From Prevotella sp. (GTDB lineage: Bacteria; Bacteroidota; Bacteroidia; Bacteroidales; Bacteroidaceae), in contig JAZRXS010000086.1 of the NCBI GenBank assembly GCA_045600325.1, positions 16 through 64,015 on the forward strand: a stretch of 64,000 bases of DNA. The letters are read 5' to 3'. Position 1 is the stretch's first letter; every line of letters starts with the position of its first letter. Under the pieces are notes generated by a model. It ran no database searches. It worked only from the letters and a program-made list of their open reading frames with translations, and was not told the DNA's origin. The position numbers and the translations under genes were made by a program. Positions 62,120 to 64,000 of the stretch are shown in pieces.

Positions 62120-62150
62120 GTTAGAAGTGGAGTAGGGTAGGACTGCTGCC

Positions 62151-63440
62151 CTACAAGAAAGTGTATTTCAGTATGAAGAGTACTGCTAGAATGTATGAGC
62201 CAATGTGTACTTGCTTCCATTTGCCAGAGAGAACATGGAGGAACACGTAGGTGATCATTCCCATCAATATGCCGTCGGAAATGCTGTATGTGAGTGGCAT
62301 GAAGGCTATGCAAACGAAGCAAGGTATCGCTGTAAGATAGTCGTCGAAGTCTATCTGGCGAATATCGCTCATCATCATTACGCCTACAAGCACGAGAACC
62401 GGAGCCGTTGCCTCTGAAGGTATGGAGAGGAACAGAGGGGCAAAGAAGAGGGCAAGGGCAAAGCAAACGGCTGCAGTGAGGGAGGTGATGCCGCTGCGTC
62501 CGCCCACATTCACGCCAGAAGCGCTCTCAACGTATGTGGTAACTGTTGAGGTGCCAAGAACTGCGCCAAGGGTTGTGCCAATGGCATCCGCCATGAAAGC
62601 CTTCTTGAGACCAGGGATGTTTCCGTCTTTGTCAACCATTCCCGCACGGTTGCTCACGCCAATGAGTGTGCCTATGGTGTCGAACATGTCTATGAAGAGG
62701 AATGTCATAACGCAGATAAGCATATCAACGGAAAGAATACTTCCCCACTCAAACTGGCAGAATACAGGGGCAATGCTTGGTGGAATGCTGACAACGGAAG
62801 TGAAGTTCGTCACACCGAGTGGTATGCCAACAACCGTTGTTACGAGAATACCGATGAGCAACGCGCCAGTAACCTTGCGTACAAGCAGTACGGCAGAGAG
62901 TATTATACCCATGCAAGCCAACAGCACGGATGGCGAATGGAGGTCGCCAAGAGTGACGAAAGTGGCATCGCTTGCTGCCACGATGCCAGCATTCTTCAAG
63001 CCGATGAAGGCTATGAAGAGTCCTATGCCCGGCGATATGGAGCGCCTTAGCATGAGTGGCATGGAGTCAACAATCTTCTGTCGCAATCCTGTGAGTGTCA
63101 GCAGGATGAAGATAAGTCCCTCAAGAAATACTGCTGTCAGTGCAAACTGCCAATTGTAGCCCATCGTAAGCACGATGGTGAAGGCGAAGAATGCGTTGAG
63201 TCCCATGCCTGGAGCAAGCACGAAAGGCAACTTTGCATAGACTGCCATCACGAGAGTTCCAACGATAGCAGAGATTACGGTTGCCGTGAACACTGCTCCC
63301 TTGTCCATTCCCGTATTGCCGAGAATGTCTGGGTTTACGGCAAGGATGTAAGCCATCGTGAGGAAGGTAGTCATACCTCCCATGAGTTCCTTCTTGATAG
63401 TCATGGTCTCCTTATTGAAGCCAAAGATTCTTTGTAGCAT
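62151..63440 (-). CDS. NCS2 family (guanine/hypoxanthine-type) permease
   Basis: TTFLTMAYILAVNP, APGMGLNAFF, DMFDTIGT, YVESASG..GGRSG. Confidence 0.93.
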   Translation of the reverse strand: MLQRIFGFNKETMTIKKELMGGMTTFLTMAYILAVNPDILGNTGMDKGAVFTATVISAIVGTLVMAVYAKLPFVLAPGMGLNAFFAFTIVLTMGYNWQFALTAVFLEGLIFILLTLTGLRQKIVDSMPLMLRRSISPGIGLFIAFIGLKNAGIVAASDATFVTLGDLHSPSVLLACMGIILSAVLLVRKVTGALLIGILVTTVVGIPLGVTNFTSVVSIPPSIAPVFCQFEWGSILSVDMLICVMTFLFIDMFDTIGTLIGVSNRAGMVDKDGNIPGLKKAFMADAIGTTLGAVLGTSTVTTYVESASGVNVGGRSGITSLTAAVCFALALFFAPLFLSIPSEATAPVLVLVGVMMMSDIRQIDFDDYLTAIPCFVCIAFMPLTYSISDGILMGMITYVFLHVLSGKWKQVHIGSYILAVLFILKYTFL

Positions 63441-63480
63441 GATATTGTTTATCTCAAGGTAAATTATGTCTGTTTTTTAG

Positions 63481-64000
63481 TTAGTATATCTTCTTCATCT
63501 CCTTGTCGGAAATGTACTTGCTGTAGATGCGGAAGTCGGAAACTTTCGTGTTGCGGAGATAGTTGTCGCCATTGAATGGTGCGCGGCCAATCCAGTTGAA
63601 TGCTGGCGCGGAGGTGAAAATGCTTGCAGGCTCAGGGAAACCTGTCTCTGTGCCTATGAGTTTGCCATCAATGAAAAGCTCACCCTTGCCTTGCTTCTGA
63701 CGGAAAACTACTGTCACCCACTTGCCAAGCTCAGAGATTTCGCTCTTCTGGATGCCAGTTTCCTGACTCCAGCCGCCGATGGAAGTCTCGCAACGCTGCT
63801 CGTTGATGCGGTAAGCGTGGTAAGGTCCGTTCTTTTCCTGGTTGGCTTCAAGTGTTGAGAAGCACCAAAGGAAATAGCCGTAGCCGGTGATCTTCTCGTC
63901 GGCAGAGATGAAATAGCGGGCGCAGACGGTGAAGTCGCGAAGACCTTTCATCACCTCGCCAGCCTTCGGTGTCATATCGAGATAAGCGTCTTTTGCAGAG
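63481..64000 (-). CDS. 3' part of a LamG/concanavalin-like domain protein (starts beyond window)
   Basis: YLDMT..FTVCARY, W.TVV...LFIDGK, WIGRAPF.GDNYL...DFRIY. Confidence 0.7.
   Translation of the reverse strand, partial: SAKDAYLDMTPKAGEVMKGLRDFTVCARYFISADEKITGYGYFLWCFSTLEANQEKNGPYHAYRINEQRCETSIGGWSQETGIQKSEISELGKWVTVVFRQKQGKGELFIDGKLIGTETGFPEPASIFTSAPAFNWIGRAPFNGDNYLRNTKVSDFRIYSKYISDKEMKKIY

Overview
Chromosomal window from a Bacteroidales bacterium (Prevotella-like, inferred from the TAnnTTTG -7 promoters, SusC/SusD pairs and atpD-first ATP synthase operon). It holds housekeeping genes (atpDC-I-BEFHAG, comM/yifB, Nif3-like, prmC, comEC, aroK, topA, tRNA-Gln, rsfS, ftsH, cdsA), carbohydrate-active enzymes (a GH28-GH35 fusion running off the left edge, GH92, GH106, a six-hairpin GH65-like protein) and two SusC/SusD systems. 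The least explained signals are non-coding. (1) Three dispersed ~231-bp elements share a fixed geometry: 16-bp terminal direct repeats TGACAAAATAGTRTCA 214-216 bp apart, a TAA-N5-TGA-WWW-..A-N5-TTA dyad, and five palindromic 17-mers at an exact 22-bp period. A related 23-bp-period GTATAC array family occurs twice. (2) Several REP-like palindrome families sit in-frame inside protein-coding genes (Nif3-like, prmC, comEC, GH106, and three times in the GH65-like gene). (3) A recombinase-less 1.13-kb single-gene cassette is integrated in the 3' end of comM with a synonymous replacement 3' end. All calls come from reading the sequence; no database searches were run.
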